Shown piece after piece: positions 21,529-33,630 of a stretch of 39,197 nucleotides of DNA. Below the pieces are notes generated by a model. The model was given only the letters and a program-made list of their open reading frames with translations. It ran no database searches and was not told where the DNA came from. The position numbers and the translations under genes are program-made. This stretch comes from Alloascoidea hylecoeti (Eukaryota): the NCBI GenBank assembly GCA_001600815.1, contig BCKZ01000009.1, positions 910,803 through 949,999 of the forward strand, given 5' to 3'. The stretch's first letter is position 1; each line of letters starts with the position of its first letter.

Positions 21529-23478
21529 TTAAAGACGAGATGTTCCATGACCATTTCCTTTGGAAAATTTGTTGATATCTGGGAACAAAAGTTGATAATT
21601 TTTACTTGTAGAATTGGATATATTTGTGTTGACCGAGACATCGTCTTTTTCAATACTTAATGTTTTAAAAGTTTTTATATAATCAATCCAATATTCCAAA
21701 GTTGTAAAATTATTTTCAACAACTATTTTGTAATTTAATCCAAAATTTGATTTAAAATTATTAGAATTTCTTTTAATTATATTAGATTTAGTTAGATTAA
21801 CTAATAGTTTTAAAATCACAATTGCAGAAAGTTGTAATGTAAAGTCTCTTGAATATTCAATTGGAATATTTAAAATTTTTTGATTTTCTTTGCCTAATAG
21901 TTCATTCACTTTATCATTAATGAAATTTTGATATTCATCAATAGTATCTTTAGCACTATTATTATTTGATGATCTTAGAAATTTAATGAATGAATTCCTG
22001 ATTGGTATTTTGTATTGTAAAGTTGAAACAACATATCGACTTAATACATTAGTTGTTCCTTCCCATATTGTATTAACTTGACAATCAGCTATTAATCTAC
22101 CTATATTCATTTCAATATCATGGGTTAAATATCCTATCCCACCTAAAGCCTCCATACATTCGGAACACCCAGAAACTGATAATTTAGAACTAATTTCTTT
22201 GGCCAAAGTTGGTAAAATTTTCAATAAGTTTTTAGTGTCTTTATCAACTTTAGGAGTGCATTCATCAATGCCCAACAATACTGAAGTATGACAATTGATT
22301 ATTAATAAACCATGAAGTTTAGATTCTTCTTGTGCTAATGTTTTTAAATGAAGAGGATTTTCACTTAAAGTTTTCCCAGCAACATATCTTTGTAATGAAT
22401 AATTTTTTGCAATTTGTAAAGCACGATGGAAATTAGATACACTTGCAAAAGCAGAGTGTAATCTAGTTATATTTAAAACTGGTACAATTGTTTTAACACC
22501 TTCACCTTTTAAACCAATTGATTGAGCTTTTAACCCCTTTAGTTCTAATTCTGCAGTTGGGAATGCTTTTGTACCCCATTTCTTTTTTAAACGAGATAAT
22601 ATAACAGTATCATTATCAGGATGAATATGACCTAAAAAGCAACCAATTGGAGGTACTTTATATTGATCAATTGATTTTTTAGTTTTAAGAGTAATTGTTT
22701 TGGAGTTTGGTAATGTTGTATCTCGTGCAAGAATGAGCGCTACTTGACAATCTACTGTACTTGCAAAACATTTAAAACCGTCTATTTTATAATCAGCTAA
22801 AACATTGTGTTCATTCTGTTCACTATCATCTATTTTAACAATAGAATCTGATTTAAAGGCAAATGTTTCCGTATTAGATATATCAGAACCACCAGTTCTT
22901 TCTGTTGTCCATTGACTATTAATCCATGCATAATCCGGATCATTACTTGTAACTCTATAATAAACAGGATTAATTTCATCTCTTTTATTAATTTGTTGAT
23001 CCAATTCTAAAGCTCTTGCACAACCATCCGTCATACTAAGAGGAGCACAAACCATTGCAGATGAAGTTGAATATAAGAAATATTTAATCATATGATAAAA
23101 ACGACTATATATTCCTTGATCTCGTTTATAAGCAATTGAAAGTAAACCTTCTTTAATTCCAACATTTTTTAATTCTTTCCAGCCAAAGGAAGTAATTAGT
23201 TTATTTGTTTTGTTTGTAAAAATATCATAATGTTTAATATAGGGAATTTTATCAGCTGCAGCAGAATTTTCAGCATCTTCGACCAATTCCATAATTCGCG
23301 GGCTTATTACCAAATCTCCCAAACGGATTAAATCAGGAACAATTGAATTTGAGATGTCATCGGGTAAGAAGTGGGAAATCAACTCATGAAGGAATGGATC
23401 AGATGTGAATTGATTTGGCAAATGGAAAGGTTGTTGTTTAAAACCTTTATTTATTCCAGCTGATAGATATTTAGGCAT
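21529..23478 (-). CDS. AidB-like acyl-CoA dehydrogenase family flavoprotein
   Basis: PLSMTDGCAR, SQWTTERTGGSD, RLKKKWGTKAFPTAELEL, LNITRLHSA, ECMEALGGIGY and TIWEGTTNVLS. Confidence 0.85.
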   Translation of the reverse strand: MPKYLSAGINKGFKQQPFHLPNQFTSDPFLHELISHFLPDDISNSIVPDLIRLGDLVISPRIMELVEDAENSAAADKIPYIKHYDIFTNKTNKLITSFGWKELKNVGIKEGLLSIAYKRDQGIYSRFYHMIKYFLYSTSSAMVCAPLSMTDGCARALELDQQINKRDEINPVYYRVTSNDPDYAWINSQWTTERTGGSDISNTETFAFKSDSIVKIDDSEQNEHNVLADYKIDGFKCFASTVDCQVALILARDTTLPNSKTITLKTKKSIDQYKVPPIGCFLGHIHPDNDTVILSRLKKKWGTKAFPTAELELKGLKAQSIGLKGEGVKTIVPVLNITRLHSAFASVSNFHRALQIAKNYSLQRYVAGKTLSENPLHLKTLAQEESKLHGLLIINCHTSVLLGIDECTPKVDKDTKNLLKILPTLAKEISSKLSVSGCSECMEALGGIGYLTHDIEMNIGRLIADCQVNTIWEGTTNVLSRYVVSTLQYKIPIRNSFIKFLRSSNNNSAKDTIDEYQNFINDKVNELLGKENQKILNIPIEYSRDFTLQLSAIVILKLLVNLTKSNIIKRNSNNFKSNFGLNYKIVVENNFTTLEYWIDYIKTFKTLSIEKDDVSVNTNISNSTSKNYQLLFPDINKFSKGNGHGTSRL

Positions 23479-23942
23479 ATTAATTTAAGTCGGAGTTGGT
23501 CTTCAAACAAAATATTTCCAGCAGCTGCAACTGTAGAGATTATAGAAAATGATACAGAGAATTAAATATATGAAGAAACTACAATTATTTATATGACCGA
23601 GAAGACATACCAATTGCAAGCTACAAGTTACCCGTGGAGGCACAGAAATCATTAATAATCGCATATATAAAGGGAAGACTAAGGTCGAATTTGAATGGAG
23701 GAACAGATAGCTGGCTCTGTCTGCAGCTGTGGTATGCATGCAAAATACGATTACCCTAAATGGATCAAATGTGTGTTCTGTTATCGTCTGCCAGTCCAGA
23801 ACAGGAATATTTAATGCAATGTTTAATGCAATATCAAGCATGCTATCCACAGCTAGCAGTAGCTAATAGTAAGATAGCAGGTATCATATCGCAAGTCTTC
23901 CTACTAACTCCCTCGCAGAACAGCAATCGTTCTTCACGTTCT

Positions 23943-24158
23943 TCAGGCGGATCCCTTATATTTTCCATGAGAATCCTGACGTTGAAACTTTGATCTCCAT
24001 ATATCATCATTTTCAGCTATTTGTTTCCATGATTTAGACACTCCTCTACAATTAAGTAAAGATGTTGTTGGCAAATTTGAAAATATTATTTCAGATATTT
24101 CATCAGGGAGATGGGAAACAAAATCAATTGGAGTCTTTAGATTTTTTTGTACGGACAT
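23943..24158 (-). pseudogene. F-box/WD40 family copy 3: F-box-only fragment (71-aa open frame)
   Basis: MSVQKNLKTPIDFVSHLPDEISEIIFSNLPTTSLLNCRGVSKSWKQIAENDDIWRSKFQ, then unrelated sequence. Confidence 0.85.
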
Positions 24159-24742
24159 ATTTCGATTTCAATATGGTTTAAATATTACGTACTTGTGATT
24201 GTCAATATTATTATGGGGTTTAACATAACGTTAATATCGACCACGTGTAGATCTCTAAGACCCAGTAGTTTAGACGCTATTCGCCGATACTTTAAATTAA
24301 ACATTCAACCATTTTATGTTAAAATATTCGACCATTATCCTTATTTATTTACGACCACCTTGCATTAATTATTCGTTAATACTACACAACATCCTTTGGA
24401 CAATGTAGTCGATAATATTAAAATATCAAATAAACATATATTATCAGAATTATGAGATTTATTAAATCTTATTAATACTATTCTCAATAAATTTTATTTA
24501 TTGCTAGGTGCCAGTGGCCAATTATAGCCTGTTTTGTTAGCCTTTCCTTTCTACGCCTTGTATAATATAATCCTTACGGAAACCTGAACAAGTAAATAAA
24601 AGCCTGCAACTCACACCGTCCACTAATAAATCAATTGATTCAAAAATCTGAAAATTATTTCAAAGTTCAGATGCAACAGGAAAAGCAATTTTAATCCTTC
24701 TTCGATATCGATTTTCAATTTTCAATTTTAAATATTAATAGA

Positions 24743-25986
24743 TTATAAATGTTTTAAATATTTTTTCCTTATATTTTCAGTAAAATCATAAATAACAACA
24801 CCATTCATAGTAAAAGCTGCTAGCCTTTTCGAGTCAGCATCAATTGGTAAAGGTTTTAAATCTAATTCGTCATATTCTAAATTTTTAATCTCCTTAAATA
24901 GCTTCATCCCATTTAAATTCCAAATCTTGATGGTACATTCATGATTAACAGTAATGATTTTATTATCAGCTATAAAAAATGGAGCTTCTCCGTCGTCTGT
25001 TAATGAATCTGGTGAAATATTGGTTTTATTTGTCTGTAAACCCAGAACTTGCAGTGTGTCGGAGCTACTAACAAATAAGAATTGATCATTTACTGCGAAG
25101 CGATATGGTACAACATCAAATTGAAATTCTTGGACTATTTGACCTGTTTCGATATTCCAGGACCTTACAACTCCTGGTATTCTACCAAATATAATACCAT
25201 TATGAATGCAAATATCAGCAGTCCAATCTTCTCCTTTTATATAGTGTTAAAAAGTAAACTGCAATCGAGGTTCTAGATTATCAAGATTTGATTTCCAAAT
25301 CCCAATATATGTATTAGCATAACGAACAATATAATCATTGTATAAAGCGACGCTTCTTATATTGAAATAATCTGACGACCTAATGGTTTATAATCTGGTG
25401 GTTTCCATATTATACAAGAACCATCGAATGAACCAGAAACCAAATATTTATCATTAATATCGAAGTGCACAACACTACTGAAATGAGATATTTCATCATT
25501 CTTTTCTGTTAGTTCCAACAATTCAGTTTTTGATAATATCCTTCTTGGAAAATTATGGTTCGGTTTTCCTAATATTCTTAAACATTGAAAAGTTTCATTA
25601 TCCCAAATTCTTATTGTACAATCTACGGAACCAGTTAGAATCAAGTTTTTATAAAATTTAACACAATATGTTTCAGCAAAATGACCAATTAATTTATGCT
25701 TTGTAAATTTATCATTTCTCCAATTCAGTTCTAAAAGATATCGTTCCTTGTATAATTCATACCAAGAATCAATTTCTGAATCACCATTATCATACCAATA
25801 TTTTTGATCTTGAAATTAAGATCTCCATATATGATCATTTTCAGTTATTTTCAGCCATGATTTAGATACTCTCCTACAATTAAGTAAAGTTTTCGGTTGC
25901 AAATCTAAAAATATAATTTCAGATATTTCATCGGGGAGATGGGAAACACAATCGATTGTCGTCTTAGGGGCTTGGTATACGGACAT
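24743..25986 (-). pseudogene. F-box/WD40 family copy 4: full-length pseudogene
   Basis: Premature TAA at 25816-25818 directly after the F-box and further disruption near 25357. Recognisable WD segments continue to the family terminus YLKHL* at 24743. Confidence 0.88.
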
Positions 25987-27609
25987 ATTGCAATTGTACG
26001 TGTTTTTATGGTTGCTGTTCACATACTCGCGGTACCGATTGTCAAAAATATTATAGTATTTTGCAATAACAAATCGGAAGAAAAGGGGGACAATATTTGG
26101 AATCTAAGTACAGAATCTACAGATACAGTTTTTCCACATATGTCGGATTAGCGAAATTTAATAATTTGTATCCAGGGTTGACCACCTTTTCGTTAATATG
26201 GATTAATTCAGTTCGTCATATGCCCGGAACATATTTCGTTTCCAACAAGAAGTGAGAAAAGAGAGGAGTTATGAATTTTACTTATTTAGAGCTAGAACGA
26301 ATTAAAGGCAAACAAATGGTTTACGACAGGCAAAATATGATCTATATAATATGTTTATAAGAGTTTGTAAGGAGTTAAATATCTGGCAATTTTTTAATTA
26401 ATTCAAAAATATCAATAAGTTTCTACTTTATATTTTAACAGGATCTAATAAAAACTAGTATTACTAGATTCTACTTAATCTCATTAATCTAATTATGTTC
26501 ATTTATTTTTATAATATAATTCCTGTTGTGGTGTGAGTGATCTTCTAGGATTTTGCGTATTGAACCCACAAACGAAGCTTACGACACATATCACTCTTTG
26601 TTATATCATGAGAAATGTATCCAATTTGCGCCTTTCCTCTCTTATATATCTGAATTCCACCCAAAATAGTTTTTTGGAGATCTTAGAGAAGGATGGGGGA
26701 AATAGGAGTTAATAAATTCTTCTGTATCCCGAGAAGATATTTGTTCAACGACATAAAATCAATATCAGATATCTCATATCTTCAATTTTTCCAACCATGC
26801 ATTGTAAGTTTTCTCCTAAGAATGTGAGTGAGTCTGAATCGTTCTGGTAAATCCTTATATAATAAATGGGTTCATTCTGAATTATTTTGATTACTTTTAC
26901 ATCTTTTTCGCCTAACCAATCCTTTCCGAATTTATAATATCTTCGGGTGATTAAAATGATGATTTCAGATGTTGAATAATCTAATATTTATAAGGGTTAT
27001 AGCTTCAGTGATTCCCCCTAGTTATATTGTAATTAAGTCCTGTTTTGAGGTCGGTCATTGGTGGAATTTGTTACTATCTTTTTGTGCGTTTCAATGAGAT
27101 GGATCATTATCAACACGCTCTACAACCAACTCTTGTAATATCATGAAACCACGATTTATCTAGCAACACAACCATTTACACACAAAATCAACTTTCGAAG
27201 AATGAGTTCCATCTCTTCGGGAATAGAGGAAGCTTTTCGTTTTGAAGAAAATTTTCTGGTGTGATGCTCTACGTTGGAGGCGAGCTTGAAATATTGAAAA
27301 ATCAATTATCTTGGTATCATTCTGTTCTTTAACACTATCTTCCTTTCTCTTTCATCCCATTAAAACATTCTAACACTCTCCACTGTTCACTGAATCACTT
27401 ACCCAAAAGGGATTTATCTATAATAATAAGTTTAGTATAAGTCTTGGTACAGAAGTTTATAGCTAACAGTCTCACGACACACCTACTTGTTTCATTTTAT
27501 GTATCTTTGCTTTTAACAGCAGGGGGTATGAGATTTTTTCTATTCTCATCATTTAGGATCGCTGTATTTAATTTATATAAGTTGCTAGTATTGCAATTCG
27601 TGGTTTAAA

Positions 27610-27967
27610 TGTAACAGTTTTGGGTGTCCCGCTAGCCATTTCTGTAGTATACCAAAGAGTAATATAATCTCGTGTATATTATAATCTTACAGAACTGTAT
27701 GCGTAATAAAAACAATTTGGGGTATCTACTACTCTGTACTTGATCAAGTAAGAAATTGTTAGCCACCTACACAGTGCACACTCATTGAAAAAATTAATTC
27801 ACACAAAAATCAGAAAACGTGCCCAAACTTGAGATCAGGAGGGAGATCTCACTGTATTGCTGGTAAATATTAAATGCAGTATCGACAACTCACTCTTCAC
27901 CAATATACCAAATACTCTCCTAATAATATTATAATCCCCCTAATAAAGTAATATTATACCTGTTACA
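27610..27967. mobile_element. Candidate LTR (358 bp) with TGTAACAG...CTGTTACA termini
   Basis: Perfect 8-bp terminal inverted repeat with TG...CA ends. One end recurs at 30518 and the other resembles 6938-7015 in inverted orientation. No target-site duplication is visible. Confidence 0.45.
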
Positions 27968-28050
27968 ATTAATAAGTAAAAGAGAGTTGATATTATTGAA
28001 TTTATTTCAAAAGTAACACTGTTTATTTTCAATTTACAATTTTAAATGAA

Positions 28051-29304
28051 TTATAAATGTTTTAAATATTTTTGCCTTAGATTTTCAGTAAAATCATAAA
28101 CCAGCGCATCATCATCCTTAGTAAAAGCAACTAGCTTCTTCGAATCACCCACAATTGAAGTAGGCCATAAATTTAATGTTCCAGAATCTAAAGTATATTC
28201 TTTATATAATTTTAGATCATTTAAATTCCAAATCTTAATATTAAGATCTTTATGAACAGTAATAAGTTTATTATTAACTATGGAGAATTCAAGTGGTCTA
28301 TCTGTTTTTTCACCTGGTAAAAGATTTGTTTTGTTTGTTTGTAAATCCAGAACTGTTAGTGTGTAGTTCTCATTAGCATATAAGTATTGTTCATTTATTC
28401 TAAATTGTGTAAGATATAATCGAAATTCTTGGATTGTTTGGCCAGTTTCAATATTCCAGGATCTTATACCTCCGGATACTCTACCATATATGATACCATT
28501 ATGAATATAAATACCATTGACCCAACCTTCCCCTTTTATACGGAGTTGAAAATTGAACTGTAGTTGATGTTCCAAATTATCAAGACTTGATTTCCAAACC
28601 CCAATATAGTCATACCCACAACATACAATATAATCATTGTATAAAGCAACACCATTTGAAAGCATATAATTTCCTTGTGATGGTAATTCCAGACGATCTA
28701 TTGGTTTAAAATCCGGTAATTTCCAAATTATACAAGAGCCATCCCATGAAAGAGAAATCAAATATTTATCATTAATATCCAAGTATAAAACAGTATCAAA
28801 ATGAAATATTTCATCATTCTTCTCTATTAATTCCGACAATTCTGTTTGTGATAAAATAATTTTTCTAGTCTTTTTGATTTTTCCTATTACTCTTAAACAT
28901 TGAAAAGTTTCATTATCCCAAATCCTTATTGTAGAATCCAATGAACCAGTTATAATCCAGTTTTTAAAAAATTTAACACAACATGTTCTATCAGAATGAC
29001 CAGTTAATTTGTGTTTCGTAAACTTATCATTTTTCCAGTTCAACTCTAAGAGATAACGTTCCTTGTATAATTCATACCACGAATCAGTTTCGGAATCATC
29101 GTTATAATACTTCCAATTTTTTTGATTTTGAAACTTTGATCTCCATATGTTGTCATTTTCAGCTATTTGTTTCCATGATTTAGAAACTCTTCTACAAATG
29201 AGTAATATTGTTGTTGACAAGTTTGAAAAGATTATTTGAGATATTTCATAAGGGATATTGGAAACAAAATCGATTGTAGTATCAAGATCCTTTTTTAAGG
29301 ACAT
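28051..29304 (-). CDS. F-box/WD40 protein, family copy 5 (intact, 417 aa)
   Basis: Uninterrupted ORF with F-box and WD repeats collinear with copy 1; ends ENLRQKYLKHL. Confidence 0.9.
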   Translation of the reverse strand: MSLKKDLDTTIDFVSNIPYEISQIIFSNLSTTILLICRRVSKSWKQIAENDNIWRSKFQNQKNWKYYNDDSETDSWYELYKERYLLELNWKNDKFTKHKLTGHSDRTCCVKFFKNWIITGSLDSTIRIWDNETFQCLRVIGKIKKTRKIILSQTELSELIEKNDEIFHFDTVLYLDINDKYLISLSWDGSCIIWKLPDFKPIDRLELPSQGNYMLSNGVALYNDYIVCCGYDYIGVWKSSLDNLEHQLQFNFQLRIKGEGWVNGIYIHNGIIYGRVSGGIRSWNIETGQTIQEFRLYLTQFRINEQYLYANENYTLTVLDLQTNKTNLLPGEKTDRPLEFSIVNNKLITVHKDLNIKIWNLNDLKLYKEYTLDSGTLNLWPTSIVGDSKKLVAFTKDDDALVYDFTENLRQKYLKHL

Positions 29305-29644
29305 ATTGCAAATGTTTAAATGGTCGTTATTTAAGTTCTTGTAGTTGTCGATAATATTATAGCTCTTTGCAATAACAAGTGAGAAGAAGAAGAATCACTT
29401 CCAATTTTTGTTATCTAGGAATTGCGTTATGGCTGGGTGATGAATCGAAAAATACATATAGCTGTATCCAAAATGGCTGCCAGGACGGACAACCACAGTT
29501 GTCACATTTCAGCCGTGAATTGCAAAACTGGCAATATACTTAATTTATTGAAAATAGTATCAATTAGATCTAATAAATCTCATAATTCTGAAAATACACT
29601 TCGTGTAATTTTTCTAAATCTTATTTTGGTGTTCTATATTTGAG

Positions 29645-29800
29645 AGATGTACCATTTAGATGTGGACAGTAAAGTACCAGTGGATCTCCTCCTAAATATC
29701 TGTAAACAACCGGAGTTTCCTTATTTCTATATAAAAGTAATGGATTTCGTTCAATTATCAGTTTATGATAAATCTTGCAACAATATTGCTTACTAAAAAT
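29645..29800 (-). mobile_element. Degenerate Ty1/copia-type integrase core remnant
   Basis: The minus strand reads ACTGATAATTGAACGAAATCC (TDN*TKS, compare TDNGTEF), followed by IHWYFTV / PHLNGTS (compare GIxHxxTVPYTPQLNGVSER) across frames. Confidence 0.35.
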
Positions 29801-30944
29801 ATTTTTGTCTATCTTCAAGATGAATCACTTATATACTCTATAGTACTTATCTTATTCACCAGCTCATGGAAACATGTTAGTATTTGCAGATAACCATTTT
29901 TATAAAGAAGAAGTAGTTGATGAACTATATCTCCCTAGTCAATAGTAGAGTGAGTCTTTTCTCTTTGGTAGGTCTCTATTAATATCGACCATGGAGACGA
30001 ACTGCAAGATTATTTTTTTTTACTAATATTTCTGGTAACCTTCTTAGGTACGACACTTTCTTCTTTTTCTTTCCTCTTTTGAGGATTTAATCATGGAGTC
30101 CATGGAATTATTGAAGGTTTTTAACCTTGTTATTTGAATTTCTGATGAAGATACGGGTTGTAAAAGGAAGAATTTTGGTTCTTTAAGGTGAGTTGGTTAA
30201 GCTTATAGATCTCATCAATTCTCATTCTTCGCTGCGGTGATCACATTAAAGAGACACTATTCTATTCTATGAACGTAGGGGTATCATATGATCCGCACAT
30301 TGTGCTATTCAGTTAATTGTGGAATTCCTGAAATTGGGTTTTAAGATTGGAATTGGTTGGCTCTGCGATCATTGGATTAAATCACAGAAGAACACACACC
30401 ACAACAATATTAACAAAAATAACTACATATTACCAGAATTGTGAGATTAAATAGAGCCTAGTAATAATATATACAATAATTGAATTTTTTTGCTGGTTTT
30501 GTAATTCGTGGTTTAAATGTAACACTTTTGGGTGTCCAATGGCCATCTTTGTCCTAGCCCTTCCTGAATGAGTGAATACATATAAGCCTTAAACTGATTC
30601 TAAGAACATTATTACTATTTTAAAAGTCATTCAGAGTACTTGGTATCTGGTTATAATACTGCCATTTTTATCTTGAGTGGTATATATCCAAAAAAGCCTT
30701 ACAACTTAAAATTAGGAAAATGTGGGAAAACCGATAGCCCCAATTCAGCAGCTCCCTTAATTAATATCTTTGGGCCATTAGTTGGAGAGGTGGTACGCTT
30801 TATCTTATAATTAGTATAATAGATTAAATAGTGGTTAAAATTTTAAATTTGGAACATATTTCAAACTAATCGACAAACCACAAGGAAATTCTGCTGTTTA
30901 CGGAGGGACATAATGTTCCAATTTTTTCGGAGAAACCTGAACAT

Positions 30945-31496
30945 GTTTGTGGTAATATCAGACGATGTATTGGCTTAAAATCTAATGATTTCCAAATTAT
31001 AAAAGAACCATCTAATGAACCAGAAACCAAATATTTATCATTAATATCCAAGAATAAAATATCACTGAAATGAGTTATGGCATCGCTTTTTTATTAACTC
31101 CAACAAATAAGTCTCTGATAAACTCCTTGTTGAAAGATTAAGGTTTTGTTTTCCTAATATTCTTATACAAAGATAATTTTCAGTATCCCAAATTGTTATT
31201 GCACAATCACTTGAAACTAGTCCAATTTTTATAAAATTTATCATTTTTCCAGTTCAATTCTAAAAGATAACGTTCTTTGTGTAATTCACTCCATGAATCT
31301 GTTTCTGAATCATCATTATAGTATTCCCAAGATATTTCATCTTGACATTTCGATTTCCATATATTATCATTTTCAGCTATTCGTTTCCATAATTTAAAAA
31401 TTGTTCTACAAATAAGTAAAGTTGTTCATGGCAAATCTAAGAAGATTATTTCAGATATTGTCGTCTCAAAAAAAAAAGATTTTGGTTTAAGGACAT
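30945..31496 (-). pseudogene. F-box/WD40 family copy 6: 5' half with deletions and frameshifts
   Basis: Damaged F-box, WSELHKERYLLELNWKNDKF, ITIWDTENYLCIRILGK and DINDKYLVSGSLDGSFIIW; truncated after LILPQ. Confidence 0.85.
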
Positions 31497-32059
31497 GTTG
31501 CAATCAATTGTTTGAATGGCTGTTGTCTACGTATTAGTAGTTATTAATAATAATACGACTCTTGACAATTGGGAAAAAAGAAAGAGGTTTTGAACTTTAC
31601 TCCTTGTTTTTGTGAAATCTAGCTAAAGTGGTACGTACCAGTAAGTGTACATGTATAGCTACATAGTAGAATATTTTGGTAGACGGGTAGCTATCCATAT
31701 ATGACTATGTACATCTGCAGTATTCCTTTATATGGATATGCAACTATGCATGAATACCATATAGAGTATCTTATATTGCATATACATATGCAAATAAATT
31801 AAGGATAAATAGTTTTACTTTTTTTGATTTAAAAGGAATGTTTGGGACTCAAGCAAAAACGACGTTAGCTTTAATGCTGCAGAACCGAGACATACACACA
31901 GTTGAGTAGCCACATGTCTACCCTAAATCAAACGAGAAAATCCGATACGTGGATCATAAAAGAGTAAAATCCTAAGATTTAAGTTTTGNTGTTGCTGCAC
32001 GTGCAGGACATGAGGTCGGGTAAATTATTGATCATCAGCTGCTATTGGAGTCTTTCATC

Positions 32060-32310
32060 CGAGCCCCATCCGAAACCTAGTCAAATTTTTGACTATCTTA
32101 GACTCGTTTTGGTTTCGGATCTCTGGATATTTCGATTATGTAATAATATAGTAATAATAATTGGATAACAATGGGTAAATGTACGAATGCATGGGTGTGT
32201 GTGGAGGATTTGGATTTGGATTCGGATTTGGGTTATAGATTTCGAGGCCAGATTCGGACTAAACACGGGTAACCTCTGAAATGCCGAGTCCGAATCCAAA
32301 TGCATCTCTA
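32060..32310. mobile_element. Possible hAT/MITE-like element end with CCGAATCC/GGATTCGG subterminal repeats
   Basis: Nested inverted repeats (ATCCGAAACC/GGTTTCGGAT, TAGTCAAA/TTTGACTA, GATTCGGACT/AGTCCGAATC). It ends in CATCTCTA, the reverse complement of TAGAGATG; a partner TIR was not found. Confidence 0.3.
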
Positions 32311-32391
32311 GTTGCTATGCATAGTAGTTGCTCTACCATAACCATTTATAATTGTAGTATTTTATTACACTCATTACGCAAAACACTTAAG

Positions 32392-33630
32392 ATGACATTA
32401 GATTTTGTTTCCGATTTCCCTGTTGAATTATCTGAAATAATCTTTTCAAATTTGCCAACAACAACTTTACTGATTTGTAGAACAATTTCTAAATCATGGA
32501 AACATATAGCTGATATCGATAATATTTGGAAATCAAAGTTTCAAGAACAGAAATCATGGAAATACAATAATGATGATGGGGAAACTGATTCATGGCATGA
32601 ATTATACAAGGAACGTTATCTCTTAGAATCAAATTGGAAACATGGTAGATTTGAAAAGTTTAGACTAACAAATTCTGTTTTCACAAGTAGCGTTAAATTT
32701 TATAAAAACTGGTTTATAACTGGTGGAGCAGATTCTACAATATTGATTCAGGATAGTTATACTTTCGATCGTATAAAACAATTAGGCAAATCAAATTATG
32801 ATAATAACTCTATATCAAGAGATGCATTTTTAAGATTAATAGAAAAAAGTGATGTTATAACTCATTTTTGTTATATTACATGCTTGGATATTAATGATAA
32901 ATATTTGGTGTCTGCTTCACTCGATTATTCATATATAATTTGGAGCTTACCAGATTTTAAACCTATATATCGTCTGATCTGTCCATCAAAGTCTGAAGGT
33001 GGTTTAAGAAGCGTCTGTTTATACAATGATTATATTGTAGGCTCTCATGGTGTTAATATTACGGTTTGGAAATCAAGTCTTGATATAGAAAATCAATTAA
33101 AGTTTAATTTACAANTCCGTATAAAAANACGTGGCTGGATTACTCAGATTCGCATTCATAATGGTATTATATATGGTCTAGAATCTAGACGTTTANGATC
33201 CTGGAATATTGAAACTGGTAAAATAATCAAAAAATATTCGTTTGGTCCTATAAATTGCTTTGCAGTAAATGAACAATACTTAATTGTTCGTAATTACAAC
33301 AAAATAACAGTTCTGAATTTACAAACAAATAAAACAAATATTTTATCATGTGTTAAAACAGAGNTAGTATCACCTCCATTATTTATAAATAACAATATAA
33401 TCCTTACTTTTAAAGATGAAAATACTATTAACATTTGGGATTTAAATGAGATGAAATTATTTAAAGAATTTGAAAAATTAAAATTTTGGCTTGGTCANGA
33501 CGAAATANATTTANAGAATACTTCAATTGATGCGGGTTCGAAAGGATTAGCTGTTTTCACTAAAGGTGGTGATATTAATGTATTCAATTTTTCTNAAAAC
33601 TTGAGGAAAGAATATCTAAAATATTTATAA
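32392..33630 (+). CDS. F-box/WD40 protein, family copy 7 (apparently intact, divergent, contains Ns)
   Basis: MTLDFVSDFPVELSEIIFSNLP...NLRKEYLKYL. The family-typical ATG appears lost, so the next Met at 32392 is used. Confidence 0.78.
   Translation: MTLDFVSDFPVELSEIIFSNLPTTTLLICRTISKSWKHIADIDNIWKSKFQEQKSWKYNNDDGETDSWHELYKERYLLESNWKHGRFEKFRLTNSVFTSSVKFYKNWFITGGADSTILIQDSYTFDRIKQLGKSNYDNNSISRDAFLRLIEKSDVITHFCYITCLDINDKYLVSASLDYSYIIWSLPDFKPIYRLICPSKSEGGLRSVCLYNDYIVGSHGVNITVWKSSLDIENQLKFNLQXRIKXRGWITQIRIHNGIIYGLESRRLXSWNIETGKIIKKYSFGPINCFAVNEQYLIVRNYNKITVLNLQTNKTNILSCVKTEXVSPPLFINNNIILTFKDENTINIWDLNEMKLFKEFEKLKFWLGXDEIXLXNTSIDAGSKGLAVFTKGGDINVFNFSXNLRKEYLKYL

Noticed and set aside
26700..27360. 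Possible gag remnant on the minus strand (LLYKDLPERFRL)
   Set aside because: Too short and too interrupted to call from one weak motif.
31640..31795. Short palindromes such as TTGCATATACATATGCAA as a Helitron end
   Set aside because: No GC-rich hairpin followed by CTRR; compatible with low-complexity sequence.
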